From positions 46,272 to 110,271 of IMG/VR virus record IMGVR_UViG_3300045974_000806: 64,000 nucleotides of DNA. The stretch is one strand, 5' to 3'. How positions within the stretch are numbered: the stretch's first letter is position 1; each line of letters starts with the position of its first letter. The stretch is from a virus. Shown here one piece after another: positions 1-9,717 of this stretch. The notes under the pieces are model-generated. The model did not search any database. It saw only the letters and a list, made by a program, of their open reading frames with translations, and had not been told where the DNA came from. Both the position numbers and the translations under genes were made by a program.

Positions 1-2
1 AG

Positions 3-662
3 GTGGTGCAGGCCACGGAACGCGCCGCGGTGGACTTCTTCCGGAAGCGCGTCCAGGCCCTTGAGTTCTGGAAGGTGGGCTTTGGGGCAAAGGGCCTGAA
101 GTCTTTCCTGCTGGACGGCAAGGTGGCGGAGATGGCCGCGGAGGCCAACCGGTGGGTGTCTTTGCTCACCGGCGGGACCACCTGGGTGGAGTTCAGCACG
201 CAGCGGCAGGTGGGCAAGGGGAAGGCCGCCAAGCTGGTGGAGGACTTCTCCGTGCGCGTGTTCCGGAGCAACCCGGATGGGACCGTCACGCAGCGCAACT
301 ACCGGTCATGGAGCGGCGGGGAGAAGTACCGCGTTGCGTTGGGCGTGGACTTTGGACTGGCCCGCCTGATCGCCAAGCGCGCCCGGTGCTCCTATGACGT
401 GTTGGTGCTGGATGAACTGTTCCAGCGCAGCCTGGACGCGACGGGCAAGGACGCGGTGGCGGAACTGCTGCAAGCCCTGGCCCTGGAAAAGAGTTCCATC
501 TTTGTGATTGACCATTCAGAGAACTTGAGTTACGCCAACCTCTTTGAAACCCGGATGGTGGTGCGGAAGATCGGCCGCCGGTCACGGGTGGTGGATGGGC
601 TGAACTACGGCGTGGAACTCGGACCCGACAATTCGCTCACGGCGCATCCGGCGTTCCCATGA
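3..662 (+). CDS. SbcC/Rad50/gp46-like recombination ATPase, C-terminal part (5' truncated)
   Basis: ABC signature SWSGGEKYRVAL, Walker B VLVLDE, H-loop IFVIDH. Confidence 0.85.
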   Translation: MVQATERAAVDFFRKRVQALEFWKVGFGAKGLKSFLLDGKVAEMAAEANRWVSLLTGGTTWVEFSTQRQVGKGKAAKLVEDFSVRVFRSNPDGTVTQRNYRSWSGGEKYRVALGVDFGLARLIAKRARCSYDVLVLDELFQRSLDATGKDAVAELLQALALEKSSIFVIDHSENLSYANLFETRMVVRKIGRRSRVVDGLNYGVELGPDNSLTAHPAFP

Positions 663-1198
663 GGTTTGTAATGTTTCCGGATGGCGTTGAGTGGCGCACA
701 GTCAGAGGGTTCCCAACCTACCGGGTGACGGCGGATGGTGAGGTGTGGAGCTACCACAAACACTCCGCTGGTGATGGCTGGAAACGATTGACAGCGTGTC
801 CGGATTCCGGAGGTTACATGGTGGTGGGACTGACGCGCGGTGGGCGGTACGGCGAGGCTTCCGGAAAGAAGACCACCTGCAAGGTGCACCGGTTGGTGTT
901 GCAGGCGTTCCGTGGTCCGTGCCCACGCGGTTACGAGGCGCGGCACTTTCCGGACTTTTCAAAGGACAACAACCGTTTGGACAACCTTGCTTGGGCGCCC
1001 CCGGAAGTGAACCAAGCGGAGCGAAAGCTGGCCAGGGGCGAACATTCAGGCCGGGCCAAGCTCACGGAGGCGGACGTGCGGGAGATGCGCCGGCTCCGGA
1101 ATGCCGGCATGCTTTTGCGGGAACTGGCGGAGAAGTTTGGCGTCAACACGCGGACCACATGGTGCGCGGTCACCGGCAAGACATGGAGTCATCTGTGA
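659..1198 (+). CDS. NUMOD4-HNH homing endonuclease
   Basis: EWRTVRGFPTYRVTADGEV (NUMOD4-like), VHRLVLQAF..RH..KDNNRLDNLAW, C-terminal HTH; ATGA overlap with upstream stop. Confidence 0.85.
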   Translation: MRFVMFPDGVEWRTVRGFPTYRVTADGEVWSYHKHSAGDGWKRLTACPDSGGYMVVGLTRGGRYGEASGKKTTCKVHRLVLQAFRGPCPRGYEARHFPDFSKDNNRLDNLAWAPPEVNQAERKLARGEHSGRAKLTEADVREMRRLRNAGMLLRELAEKFGVNTRTTWCAVTGKTWSHL

Positions 1199-1593
1199 AC
1201 AGCGGCATGAACAGGCAGCAACGCAGGGCGACGGCAGCACAGCATCCTACCTATTGGAGATTGACCCCGCTTTTCCAGGGTGAGGACGGCAAGCTGGTGG
1301 AGGGCGGCCAGAACTACGTCATCCACACCGCGCCCAACAACATGGTGGTGGTGCAGGTCCCCACGGATGCATGCACCGTGGAGATGGCCCAGCGCACGGA
1401 GCGGGAACTGATGGACAAGCTGCAACGGGACGTCATTGTGACGTCGGACAACGTGAAGTTCATGAAGGTGGAGCCGGTGGACCGCGCGGAGATCGCGGAA
1501 CTGCTCAAGGCGGACAACGGGGAGGGTGCCATGAAGGAAGCCATGCGCGAGTCCCCCACCCCACCCCAGGGGACGCCGGCGGTGCCCAAGTGA
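1195..1593 (+). CDS. hypothetical protein
   Basis: GTGA overlaps with both neighbours; typical codon bias. Confidence 0.6.
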   Translation: MNSGMNRQQRRATAAQHPTYWRLTPLFQGEDGKLVEGGQNYVIHTAPNNMVVVQVPTDACTVEMAQRTERELMDKLQRDVIVTSDNVKFMKVEPVDRAEIAELLKADNGEGAMKEAMRESPTPPQGTPAVPK

Positions 1594-2189
1594 CCCGCCG
1601 CAGCCGCACCGCTCTTCCGGAACCGTCCGTGATGGTCATGGGCGTGGACACCGCCATTGCCAACGTGGGCTGGTGCGTGGCGCGCATGACGTCCACGGCC
1701 CTGGCGCCCGTGGCCATGGGCGTCATCCGGACGCAGCCCAACGCAAAGAAGCTGGGCATCCGCGTGGGTGATGACGACTGGGCACGTTCCAAGACGATTG
1801 CCCACGCCCTGCGGGAGGTGGTGAAGCAGCACCGCCCGCACATCCTGGCGGTGGAGGCGTGGAGCCCCCCACGCAACGCCGCGGCCGTGGGCAAGATTGG
1901 CCGCGTGTTCGGCGTGCTGGTGGACATGAGCCTCACGGATGACCTTCCGGTGCTGCACGCCACGCCGCAAGAGATCAAGAAGGCGGTGACGGGCAAGGCC
2001 AGCGCGGAGAAGGGCGAGGTGATTGCCGCGTTGGAAGAGATGTTCCCCGGCACCCTGGCCCTGGTGCATCATCTGCCCGCCGGCGTGCATGAACACGCGT
2101 TTGACGCCCTGGGCGCGCTGGTGACGTGCTGGGAGAACGAACCCATGAAGGTGCTGCGGCAGGTGACCGCCATCCGGGCGGGGAGGTGA
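1590..2189 (+). CDS. ruvC: RuvC-like Holliday junction resolvase
   Basis: MGVDTAIANVGW, LAVE, TPQEIKKAVTGKASAEKGEV, HAFDALG. Confidence 0.85.
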   Translation: MTRRSRTALPEPSVMVMGVDTAIANVGWCVARMTSTALAPVAMGVIRTQPNAKKLGIRVGDDDWARSKTIAHALREVVKQHRPHILAVEAWSPPRNAAAVGKIGRVFGVLVDMSLTDDLPVLHATPQEIKKAVTGKASAEKGEVIAALEEMFPGTLALVHHLPAGVHEHAFDALGALVTCWENEPMKVLRQVTAIRAGR

Positions 2190-2192
2190 GCC

Positions 2193-2558
2193 GTGTTGAT
2201 CCTTGTGACCAAACAGACGGTGCTGATGGACGTGAGCCGGCTGATGATTGAGCGGCTTGCCCGCGCGTTGCGCGTGGAGCCATCCCTGGTGAAGGTGAAC
2301 TGGGTGCAGGAAAACGGCAGCATCTCTCCGCGCATTGACGTGGAATTGCCGCCCATCATCCCGCCGGCGGACGTGGACGTGACTGACCCGGTGGCCATGG
2401 CGGCGTGGGAGGCCGGCAACGCGGACCTCCCGGGCATCTATGACTTCCTGAAGGCCCGCGGCATCGACAATCCGGAGGCCATCATCAAGCACCAAGTGGC
2501 CGTGTCCATGGCGGACTTGAAGGCCCGGATGGGAGCGTTCCGGAAGGTGGCGGCATGA
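2193..2558 (+). CDS. hypothetical protein
   Basis: RBS GGAGG upstream; translationally coupled to next gene. Confidence 0.65.
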   Translation: MLILVTKQTVLMDVSRLMIERLARALRVEPSLVKVNWVQENGSISPRIDVELPPIIPPADVDVTDPVAMAAWEAGNADLPGIYDFLKARGIDNPEAIIKHQVAVSMADLKARMGAFRKVAA

Positions 2559-3211
2559 GCCCGGCAAAGAAGAAGGTGGCCCGCAAGGCCATCACGGTTC
2601 CGGAAGTGAAGCTGACCACCGCACAGCGGCGGGAACTGCGCAGCAAGCTGTTGCTGCTCTACATCTCCGCCGTCACCAAGCCCATGTTGCCGGACCTGTT
2701 GCGGCGTGCGGAGTTCCAGGGACTGCCCATCAAAACGGTGGAGGACTGGAAGTACGAGGACCGGTGGGAGGAACAACGCAAGGCGTTCCAGGCCAGCCTG
2801 TTTGCCCAGGTGAAGACCCGCATTGGGGACCGCCTTGCGCAGACCACGTTGCAGATGCTGGAAGAACTGGCCCCCATCAAGGACCGCCTGATTGCCCGCT
2901 TGGCCACGGAGACGTTTGACGACCTGTCCGCGGACAAGCTGTTGAAGGCGTTTTGCACCGTGCTGGAACTCCAAGCGCGGCTCACGGAACAGGCCGTTGG
3001 GCTCATCACCCCGACGCAAGGAACACAAGAGGCACCCCATGATGCAAGCATTCCAAGCCCTGTTGTCGCTTCCGGAATCACCGACCTCACCGTTGACGAA
3101 GCGCGCGAGGCGGCGTTCGCCATCATGCGCCGCCGGCGTGAGGCCGCGTTCAACGCCGCCAAGCCTGCGGGGGGAACGGGACCCAATGGTGCGCCTCACG
3201 GCCCTGGATGA
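2555..3211 (+). CDS. hypothetical helical protein, possibly terminase small subunit or HTH
   Basis: KTVEDWKYEDRWEEQR resembles HTH-type TerS proteins, but the gene is 23 kb from TerL. Confidence 0.35.
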   Translation: MSPAKKKVARKAITVPEVKLTTAQRRELRSKLLLLYISAVTKPMLPDLLRRAEFQGLPIKTVEDWKYEDRWEEQRKAFQASLFAQVKTRIGDRLAQTTLQMLEELAPIKDRLIARLATETFDDLSADKLLKAFCTVLELQARLTEQAVGLITPTQGTQEAPHDASIPSPVVASGITDLTVDEAREAAFAIMRRRREAAFNAAKPAGGTGPNGAPHGPG

Positions 3212-3407
3212 CTTCCTGTGGGCGTCCATGGGTGAGGCCATGAACCGGGCCGCCGCCAAGGGCGCCACGCCGCGGGAACTCATGGTGGCGCTCCACGCGG
3301 TGTTCCTGCGCGCGGCTCACTCCCAGCCGGAGGCCACCCTGGACAGCACGCTGCAAACGGGAATCGAGTACCACCGCGCCGTCTACCTCGCTCCGGAAAG
3401 GGTCTAA
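3186..3407 (+). CDS. hypothetical protein
   Basis: ATG at 3186; fills the gap between coupled genes. Confidence 0.5.
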   Translation: MVRLTALDDFLWASMGEAMNRAAAKGATPRELMVALHAVFLRAAHSQPEATLDSTLQTGIEYHRAVYLAPERV

Positions 3408-3410
3408 CCC

Positions 3411-4532
3411 ATGCTGCTGCGTGAGGCGTTGTTGCGGGCGGCCCCGTTCGCCGCGGAAGAGGGACCCCTGGCCCACGTGGTGGTGGTGCCGGCGGTGTTC
3501 CTGGCCCATCACCCGGTGGAGTTCGTGGGCGCCCACGCGCTCCCCTTTGAGCCGGCCCGCGTCCAGGCCACCAACGGGACCACCGGTGTGATCATCCCGC
3601 TGGACCCGGGCACGGACGTCCCCTACGTGGCCATGCACGCCGGCGCGCTCAAGAAGGTGCTCCAACTGCTGCCCAAGGGCGCGGACTTCACGCTGGCGCC
3701 CCTGGGCCACAACGTGGCGGTGTCCTGGGACGGGACCGGCTGTTCCGTGGCCGCCCTTCCGGACCCTGGCGCCGCGTTGCCGCCCCTCAAGCTGCCCGGG
3801 CAGATGCGCGCGGTGCTCCCCCAGACGCTCCGGAGCATGCACCGCGTGCTGCATTGCGCCATTGAGGACCCGGACAGGCCGCTGCTGGGCAACGTCCACC
3901 TCACGCCCTGGTGGGCGGAGGCCACGGACCAAAACCGCGTGGCCAGGACCACGCATGCTGGACTGGTGCCGCACGGGATGCTGGTGCCCCCGGACCTGTT
4001 CCGGACATGGAAAGACCCGGGCGTCCTGGGCGTGTCCATGGCCACCGTGGGTGACACGCTGTGGGTGCAGATTGGAGAGGAACTGCGGCACGCCAAGGTG
4101 GGCCTGGACGCGGACTTCTTCAACCTTGACCCGTTGCTGGTGGAGGCCCCGTGCTTCCGCGCCCAGGTGCTGGGGCCGGCCATGGTGGATGCCATCAAGC
4201 GCGCGGCAAAGACGTCCCCCATCAACGTGCTTGAACTGGTGTTTGGCCCGGGCGCGTGCAGCGTGGCCGGCCTCACCGCGGACGGTGACCCCAGCGCCCG
4301 GGAGGTGATTCCCACCGTGGGGAACGCCGGGGACGTCACGGTGCGCATGACTCTCCGCGCCAGCTATGTGCGGGACGCGGTGACCGCGGCGGTGGACAAG
4401 GGCAAGGAGTCCATTGTCCTGAAGTACCTGCACGCCAGCGCGCCCCTGCGCGTGGAGCGCGGCCCGTTCTCTGAAATGGTTTGGCCCCTGTTCATTCCGG
4501 AAGTAGGAGGCACCAATGCAAAGGACGCTTGA
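3411..4532 (+). CDS. DNA polymerase III beta sliding-clamp-like protein
   Basis: 373 aa; QATNG and CAIEDPDRPLLGNVHL..EATDQNRVAR resemble DnaN motifs; C-terminal ASYVRDAV..APLRV..MVWPL. Confidence 0.55.
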   Translation: MLLREALLRAAPFAAEEGPLAHVVVVPAVFLAHHPVEFVGAHALPFEPARVQATNGTTGVIIPLDPGTDVPYVAMHAGALKKVLQLLPKGADFTLAPLGHNVAVSWDGTGCSVAALPDPGAALPPLKLPGQMRAVLPQTLRSMHRVLHCAIEDPDRPLLGNVHLTPWWAEATDQNRVARTTHAGLVPHGMLVPPDLFRTWKDPGVLGVSMATVGDTLWVQIGEELRHAKVGLDADFFNLDPLLVEAPCFRAQVLGPAMVDAIKRAAKTSPINVLELVFGPGACSVAGLTADGDPSAREVIPTVGNAGDVTVRMTLRASYVRDAVTAAVDKGKESIVLKYLHASAPLRVERGPFSEMVWPLFIPEVGGTNAKDA

Positions 4533-5034
4533 GGTGGCGCTGACCCAGTTGGACGTGGTGGAGGCCACCGGCAACAATGATGGCGTGCCGGCCGTGCGCT
4601 ACAACCGCGGGGAGTGTGTCCCCTGGTGCGCCGCGTTCGCGCTCTACTGTAACGCCAACAGTATGGACGCCAAGGTGGTGCGCACCGACAAGGAATGGTG
4701 GGCGCTGCGCGCGGTGCAGGCGTTCGAGGACGAGATGCGCAACCGTGGCTGGTGGTTCAGCCGGATGGCCAGCCTGAAGCCCCAGGCCAATGACCTCATC
4801 TTCTTTGGGGACCGCGGCGCATCGGACGCGTCATTCACCGGCCGGCACATGGGCGTGATTGAGCGCGTGGAGACGCACGTGTCCAGCCTCAACCTGCCAT
4901 CCACGGCCTGGATGGTGATCCACACCGTGGAGGGCAACCTGGGCAACCGCGTGCAGCGCGTGGTCCACGACCTGTCCAACCCAAAGACCTCCGCACGCAT
5001 CACGGGCTACGCGCACTTCCCAGCCTCCCCGTGA
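4516..5034 (+). CDS. CHAP-like peptidoglycan hydrolase
   Basis: PWCAAF (catalytic Cys), DLIFF, HMGVIE (His), TVEGN. Confidence 0.75.
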   Translation: MQRTLEVALTQLDVVEATGNNDGVPAVRYNRGECVPWCAAFALYCNANSMDAKVVRTDKEWWALRAVQAFEDEMRNRGWWFSRMASLKPQANDLIFFGDRGASDASFTGRHMGVIERVETHVSSLNLPSTAWMVIHTVEGNLGNRVQRVVHDLSNPKTSARITGYAHFPASP

Positions 5035-5129
5035 TCTTGTGCTTTCTGTCCTTGACGCAATCTTGCCGTATCTGGTAACCCTGACCAACCCGCGTGCGCG
5101 TGATGCGCATGCACCTTGAGGAGTGTCCT

Positions 5130-5996
5130 ATGGCCGCAAAGAAGAGCAAGAAGACTGAAGCCCCCGCCACGTCCCCCGCCGCCGGCTCACCGCCCGCGGC
5201 CACCGCGTTCACCGTTGGCCAGCAGAAGGTGTTGAGCCTGCTCACCGGCGTCCTGTCCAACCGCGCGGCCACCCTGGGTGAACTGCAAACGGCCCTGGCG
5301 GCCGTGGGGGAGGATGCCGGCGCCGTGCTCCAAGGGCTGCAAGCCCGCGGGCTGGTGGTGCCCGCCGCCGGCGGCGTGATGGCCGCCCGGGATGCCGCGG
5401 GGAACTTCTGCGTGATGTCCGGCAACCCGCCGGCGGCTTCCGGAACCCCGGAACAGGCCCCGCCCCCGCCGCCCCCTGCCCAGGTCCCGCCCCCCGCGGC
5501 CGTGGCCCACGTTCCGGAATCCCATCCCTGGGAGGAATCCGCGGAAGAGGAAGAGGAGGGCGGGGACGACCTGTCAGAGGCCCTGTTGGAGAAGATGGAA
5601 GAGCAGACGGAACTGTTGAAGCGCATCTGCACGCTGTTGGAGCGCACGCCGGCAGCGGCCCAGGCCCCCGCGGCCCCGGGCCTTCAGTCCTGGCCGCCGG
5701 CCGTGGCCGCCCCGCCCCTCCCGCCGCCCCCGCCCACGCAGGGGATGGCTCCGCCCCCACCGCCGGCCCAGGTGGCCCAGCAGGCCATGCCGCCCCCGGT
5801 GTTCAACGTCCAGGCCCAGTTCCCCCAGGCCGGCCAGTTCCAGGCCCCCATGATGGCCCAGGTTCCCCCGGGCTACATGATGACCCCCCAGGGCATTGTG
5901 CCCATGCAGATGCAGCAGCAGCCGCAGCAGATGCAGACCATGGCCAACGGTGGCGGGCAGGTGGCCGCCTGGGTTCCCCCTGGTGCCCCGCGCTGA
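5130..5996 (+). CDS. Pro/Gln/Ala-rich low-complexity hypothetical protein
   Basis: RBS GAGGAG then ATG at 5130; poly-Pro and Gln/Met tracts. Confidence 0.65.
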   Translation: MAAKKSKKTEAPATSPAAGSPPAATAFTVGQQKVLSLLTGVLSNRAATLGELQTALAAVGEDAGAVLQGLQARGLVVPAAGGVMAARDAAGNFCVMSGNPPAASGTPEQAPPPPPPAQVPPPAAVAHVPESHPWEESAEEEEEGGDDLSEALLEKMEEQTELLKRICTLLERTPAAAQAPAAPGLQSWPPAVAAPPLPPPPPTQGMAPPPPPAQVAQQAMPPPVFNVQAQFPQAGQFQAPMMAQVPPGYMMTPQGIVPMQMQQQPQQMQTMANGGGQVAAWVPPGAPR

Positions 5997-6008
5997 AAGG
6001 ACTCCGCC

Positions 6009-6350
6009 ATGACCACCACCTCCAAGTTCGTCAAGCATGACGCCGGCAAGAACCTGCTGGGATGCCTGCCACCGCGGGCGTTGATGTCCATTGGCCGCGT
6101 GCTCACCCTGGGCGCGGCCAAGTACAGCCGCGATAACTGGCACAAGGTCCGCGAACGGTCCCGCTATTACGACGCCCTGTTGCGGCATCTGTTCGCGTGG
6201 TGGGCCGGCGAGGACAAGGACCCGGAGTCCGGGGAAAGCCACCTTGCCCACGCCGGCTGCTGCCTGATGTTCCTGCTGGAATTGGAGGAGGTGGGCTTGG
6301 CGGAGGATGACCGCCCGCACTTCCGGAACGACAAGCGGGTGAAGCCATGA
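6009..6350 (+). CDS. dATP/dGTP diphosphohydrolase (DUF5664-type)
   Basis: KHDAGK..GAAKYSRDNW..DALLRHL..GEDKDPESGESHLAHA. Confidence 0.85.
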   Translation: MTTTSKFVKHDAGKNLLGCLPPRALMSIGRVLTLGAAKYSRDNWHKVRERSRYYDALLRHLFAWWAGEDKDPESGESHLAHAGCCLMFLLELEEVGLAEDDRPHFRNDKRVKP

Positions 6351-6646
6351 GTTATTGGTCTGGCGACGAGGACGAGGAAGCGACGGTGGACATCTTCAAG
6401 GGCGTCACCGTCCAGCGTGAGACGGAGAAGGCTGTCCTTGTCACGCTTCCGGAGTTCGGCGGTGACAAGGACGTGCAGGTGTGGGTCCTCAAGTCCGTCA
6501 TCACCGACGACTCGGAGGTGCATGACGTGGAGTGCTACAACGCCAACGGCCCAGGCAAGCTGGTGGTGAAGGGCTGGTGGACGGAGAAGGCCCTGGACAG
6601 CCACAAGAAGGCCAAGGCCATCCGCGCCAAGGGGAGGCCGGCATGA
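6347..6646 (+). CDS. hypothetical protein
   Basis: ATGA coupling; RETEKAVLV..VWVLKS motif common in small phage proteins. Confidence 0.65.
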   Translation: MSYWSGDEDEEATVDIFKGVTVQRETEKAVLVTLPEFGGDKDVQVWVLKSVITDDSEVHDVECYNANGPGKLVVKGWWTEKALDSHKKAKAIRAKGRPA

Positions 6647-6770
6647 CGCGCCCGTGGAGGCCCTGGGGAATCCGCACGCACCCGTTCATCCGGTGGCTGT
6701 GGTTCGTGTTCATGGGCGTGCTGGGACTGGCCACGGGCGTGTTGCTTGACGCCCTGTTCCGGAGGTGGCC

Positions 6771-7409
6771 GTGAGTTCAACAAACAGGGGCGCCACGCGC
6801 CAGGAACTGGACTACTACCGCACGGACCCGGCGGAGATCGCCGTGTTCCTGCGGGAATGGTTCAACGACGTGCCCAGCGCGCGTGAGTTGCTGACCACGG
6901 GCACCGTGCTGGACCCATGCGCCGGCGGGAACGTCAAGCCCGTGCAGTGGGAATACAAGAAGGGCGAGGTGGCCACCATCCAGCCGTCCACGATGTCCTA
7001 TCCGGAGGCCATTGCGGCGGTGACGGGCAACGTGGTGGTGACCAATGACGTGCGCCCGGACTCGCCGGCCATGATGCACCATGACTTCCTGACGGGGGAC
7101 CTGGGCCTGTCAAAGCAGCCGGAGGTGATCATCACCAACCCACCGTTCAGCATTGCCCAGCAGGTGATTGAGAAGTCCCTGACCATGGTCCCCGTGGGCG
7201 GGCTGGTGGTGATGCTGCTGCGCTTGAACTTCTTTGGGAGTGACAAGCGGTTCCCGTTCTTCCAGGGGAAGATGCCCCAACGCGCCTACGTGCATCACCG
7301 GCGCATGGGCTTCACGCCCGACGGGAAGACGGACTCCATTGAGTACATGCACGCGGTGTGGCACCGCGCGCGCGTTCCCAGCCCCGCCACCACCCTGCGC
7401 GTCATTTGA
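6771..7409 (+). CDS. amino-DNA methyltransferase (N6-A/N4-C class)
   Basis: LDYYRT, VLDPCAG (SAM binding), IITNPPF (catalytic motif IV), MLLRLNF. Confidence 0.85.
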   Translation: MSSTNRGATRQELDYYRTDPAEIAVFLREWFNDVPSARELLTTGTVLDPCAGGNVKPVQWEYKKGEVATIQPSTMSYPEAIAAVTGNVVVTNDVRPDSPAMMHHDFLTGDLGLSKQPEVIITNPPFSIAQQVIEKSLTMVPVGGLVVMLLRLNFFGSDKRFPFFQGKMPQRAYVHHRRMGFTPDGKTDSIEYMHAVWHRARVPSPATTLRVI

Positions 7410-7416
7410 GGCAACC

Positions 7417-7743
7417 ATGAAAGAGACAAAGACGGATGACCTCGCGGCCCCTGGTGGCCGGCTCACCACCGACGAGGAAGCGCGCGGATGGCTGCTGGAA
7501 TTGATCACCACCACGCGTGAGGCCCGGGCCGCATGCGACGGTGCAAGCAGCGCCGCGGACATGCGCCGGCTGCACAGCCGCTTTCTGGTGAAGCACGGCG
7601 CGGCCCTGGGCGCGCTGATGACCTGCTACCGGTGCGGCCTGCTGAGTGACGTTGGCTACCATGAGATGCGCAAGGAAGTGCTGGACACCCTGACGCCCAC
7701 CGTCATCACGGTGGTGCCTTTCACCGGAGGAAAACATGGTTGA
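7417..7743 (+). CDS. hypothetical protein
   Basis: RBS GAGG; ATG at 7417. Confidence 0.6.
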   Translation: MKETKTDDLAAPGGRLTTDEEARGWLLELITTTREARAACDGASSAADMRRLHSRFLVKHGAALGALMTCYRCGLLSDVGYHEMRKEVLDTLTPTVITVVPFTGGKHG

Positions 7744-8077
7744 ACCGAAGAACGAGATCCCCCTGGACGCAATGCAGTTCAAGGACCCGCCGGAACTGAC
7801 CGCCGGCAAGGTCCCTCCCATGGTGGGCGAGGGTATCAACGCGGTGATGCGCGTCCTGCCCAAGGTGCGCTCCCCCCTCCCCCAGGGGCTGTCCGATTCG
7901 GACATGATTGGCGTCCTTGAACGCCGCTCCCAGGTGGTGCAGGAACTGGCGTTTGCCCGCGGCATGGTTGAGGGCATGCTGTTGGCCGCGGCCGGCTACG
8001 GGTCCATCACCAAGGACCAGTTCCGTGAGCAGATGACCGTGCTACACACGGTGCTGGCCCAGCGCCCCCCGGAGTGA
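7736..8077 (+). CDS. hypothetical protein
   Basis: RBS GGAGGA; overlapping start. Confidence 0.6.
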   Translation: MVEPKNEIPLDAMQFKDPPELTAGKVPPMVGEGINAVMRVLPKVRSPLPQGLSDSDMIGVLERRSQVVQELAFARGMVEGMLLAAAGYGSITKDQFREQMTVLHTVLAQRPPE

Positions 8078-8080
8078 TGC

Positions 8081-8320
8081 ATGCGCACCCACGCCACAAA
8101 GAACCAGACGTTGGTGGATGAGTTTGGGGAGCGCCTGCTGTCCGCGCTTCTCCGTCGTCACATGACCCGGGCGGACCTGTGCGTGAAGTCCGGGCTCAAG
8201 TACGACTCCGTGACCAAGCTGGCCCGCGGGACCCGCGCTCCCAACCTGCGCACCGTCGCATCCATCGCCACCGCCCTGGGCGTGACGGTGGCCCAGTTGC
8301 TTGAGGAGATGTCCACGTGA
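8081..8320 (+). CDS. XRE-family HTH transcriptional regulator
   Basis: FGERL..MTRADL..SVTKLARGTRAPNLRTVASIATALGVTVAQL. Confidence 0.85.
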   Translation: MRTHATKNQTLVDEFGERLLSALLRRHMTRADLCVKSGLKYDSVTKLARGTRAPNLRTVASIATALGVTVAQLLEEMST

Positions 8321-8552
8321 CGTGTGAACACTGTGGGGAGGTGCCAGCGGAGGGTTCCGGAATCCCGCACCAGAACGTGTGCCCGCGCTTCACGTGCGCG
8401 CTGTGCGGTGCCAAGTTCGCGGTGTTTCCGGAACCCACCAAGAAGCTGTTTGGCACCTCCCCCCGGTGCGTGGCGTGCAAGAACGCGCCGGCCCCCAAAG
8501 GGGCGGCGTGGCGTGATAGTGTTTGACGTCCGTTGGCTTTGGTGGGGTCTGA

Positions 8553-8984
8553 ATGCAGCGCGTGCGGATGACGGAAGAGGAACTGCTGGCCGGCCTGGGC
8601 ATCCTGGGCGTGACCCTGGAACAGTTCCAGCACCCCCTCCGGGCGAACAGCCAGGACGAGGGCGCGCGCCGGCTGGCGGACCTGAAGGCCAACGTGAAGC
8701 GCGCCTTCCGGAAGGCCGCCCTGGACCTGCATCCAGACCGCACGGGCGGTGACGAGGAAAAGGCCGGCCGCTTCAAGCTGGCATCCTCGGTGGCGGAGGT
8801 GGTGGAGGCGTTGACGCTCCACGTCCAGCGGCCCAGGCCCCCACCACCGGTCCCGCGCGGCGGCGTGGTGATCATCAACATGCAGCCCGGCGTCCACGTG
8901 CGCTGGACCACCGGCTCCGCTTCTACAGGCTCCGCCACCACCACCACGACCAATGGTTGGCCGTGGGACGCGGGCGGCTTTTGA
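8553..8984 (+). CDS. J-domain (DnaJ-like) protein
   Basis: VKRAFRKAALDLHPDRTGGDEEKAGRF with the HPD motif. Confidence 0.8.
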   Translation: MQRVRMTEEELLAGLGILGVTLEQFQHPLRANSQDEGARRLADLKANVKRAFRKAALDLHPDRTGGDEEKAGRFKLASSVAEVVEALTLHVQRPRPPPPVPRGGVVIINMQPGVHVRWTTGSASTGSATTTTTNGWPWDAGGF

Positions 8985-8996
8985 GAGGGTGTCACC

Positions 8997-9395
8997 ATGG
9001 ACAAGATCATGAACAAGTTCTCCGTTTCCGACATGGCGTGGGTTCCCAAGGCTCTGAAGGCCATCGACCTGGGCGAGGGTGTTTGCGTGTCCGTCACCGG
9101 CCCGGACGCCAAGCTGATCATGCAGCACGTGCAGGACATCACCGCACGCCTGCCCATCATGAGCCTGTTCAACGCCGTGCAGCGTTTTGTCCCTGCCGTC
9201 GGCGCGGTCCACATTGACCCGCTGGTGGTGGTGCCCGTCCTGGCGTCCCTGGGCGCGCTGGGCGCCGCGGCCGGCTCCGTGGCGTTCGTCGCCGGCGTGG
9301 GCGTGGCGCACGGCATGAAGCTGGCGTTCACCTATGACATGGGCAGCCTGCTGGACCCCATGGATGACGCCCTGAGCATCACGCTGACCAAGTGA
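8997..9395 (+). CDS. hypothetical protein
   Basis: RBS GAGGG; codon bias. Confidence 0.6.
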   Translation: MDKIMNKFSVSDMAWVPKALKAIDLGEGVCVSVTGPDAKLIMQHVQDITARLPIMSLFNAVQRFVPAVGAVHIDPLVVVPVLASLGALGAAAGSVAFVAGVGVAHGMKLAFTYDMGSLLDPMDDALSITLTK

Positions 9396-9644
9396 GCGGC
9401 CCGCACCTTCCCACCGTCGCACGCTGGCACCTCCCGGGCTCTTCCCGCCGGGAGGCGCTGTGCGGCGTCACGCTGCTGCCCTCCGCCAGCGTGCTGATGC
9501 CGGAACTGGTGGCTCACATCCACCACCCGGACTTTGACCTGCCCCTGTGCCCCCTGTGCCAGGAAGCCCAGGCCCCCACCCCACCCGGAACCTGATCACT
9601 TCCGGAACCCAAACCGGTGCAGATCCGCCTACTTGCGGAAAGTG

Positions 9645-9684
9645 TGCTTTTTGTCTTGTCTTCCGGAACCCACGGGCGCAACGT
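9645..9684 (+). promoter_or_regulatory. conserved sigma70-like promoter, copy 1
   Basis: TGCTTTTTGTC-TTGTCT-N17 (begins TCCGGAA)-CAACGT; same element at 14098, 24228, 42526. Confidence 0.7.
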
Positions 9685-9717
9685 CCCATCCCGCAAGACC
9701 AACCACGGAGCCACCCC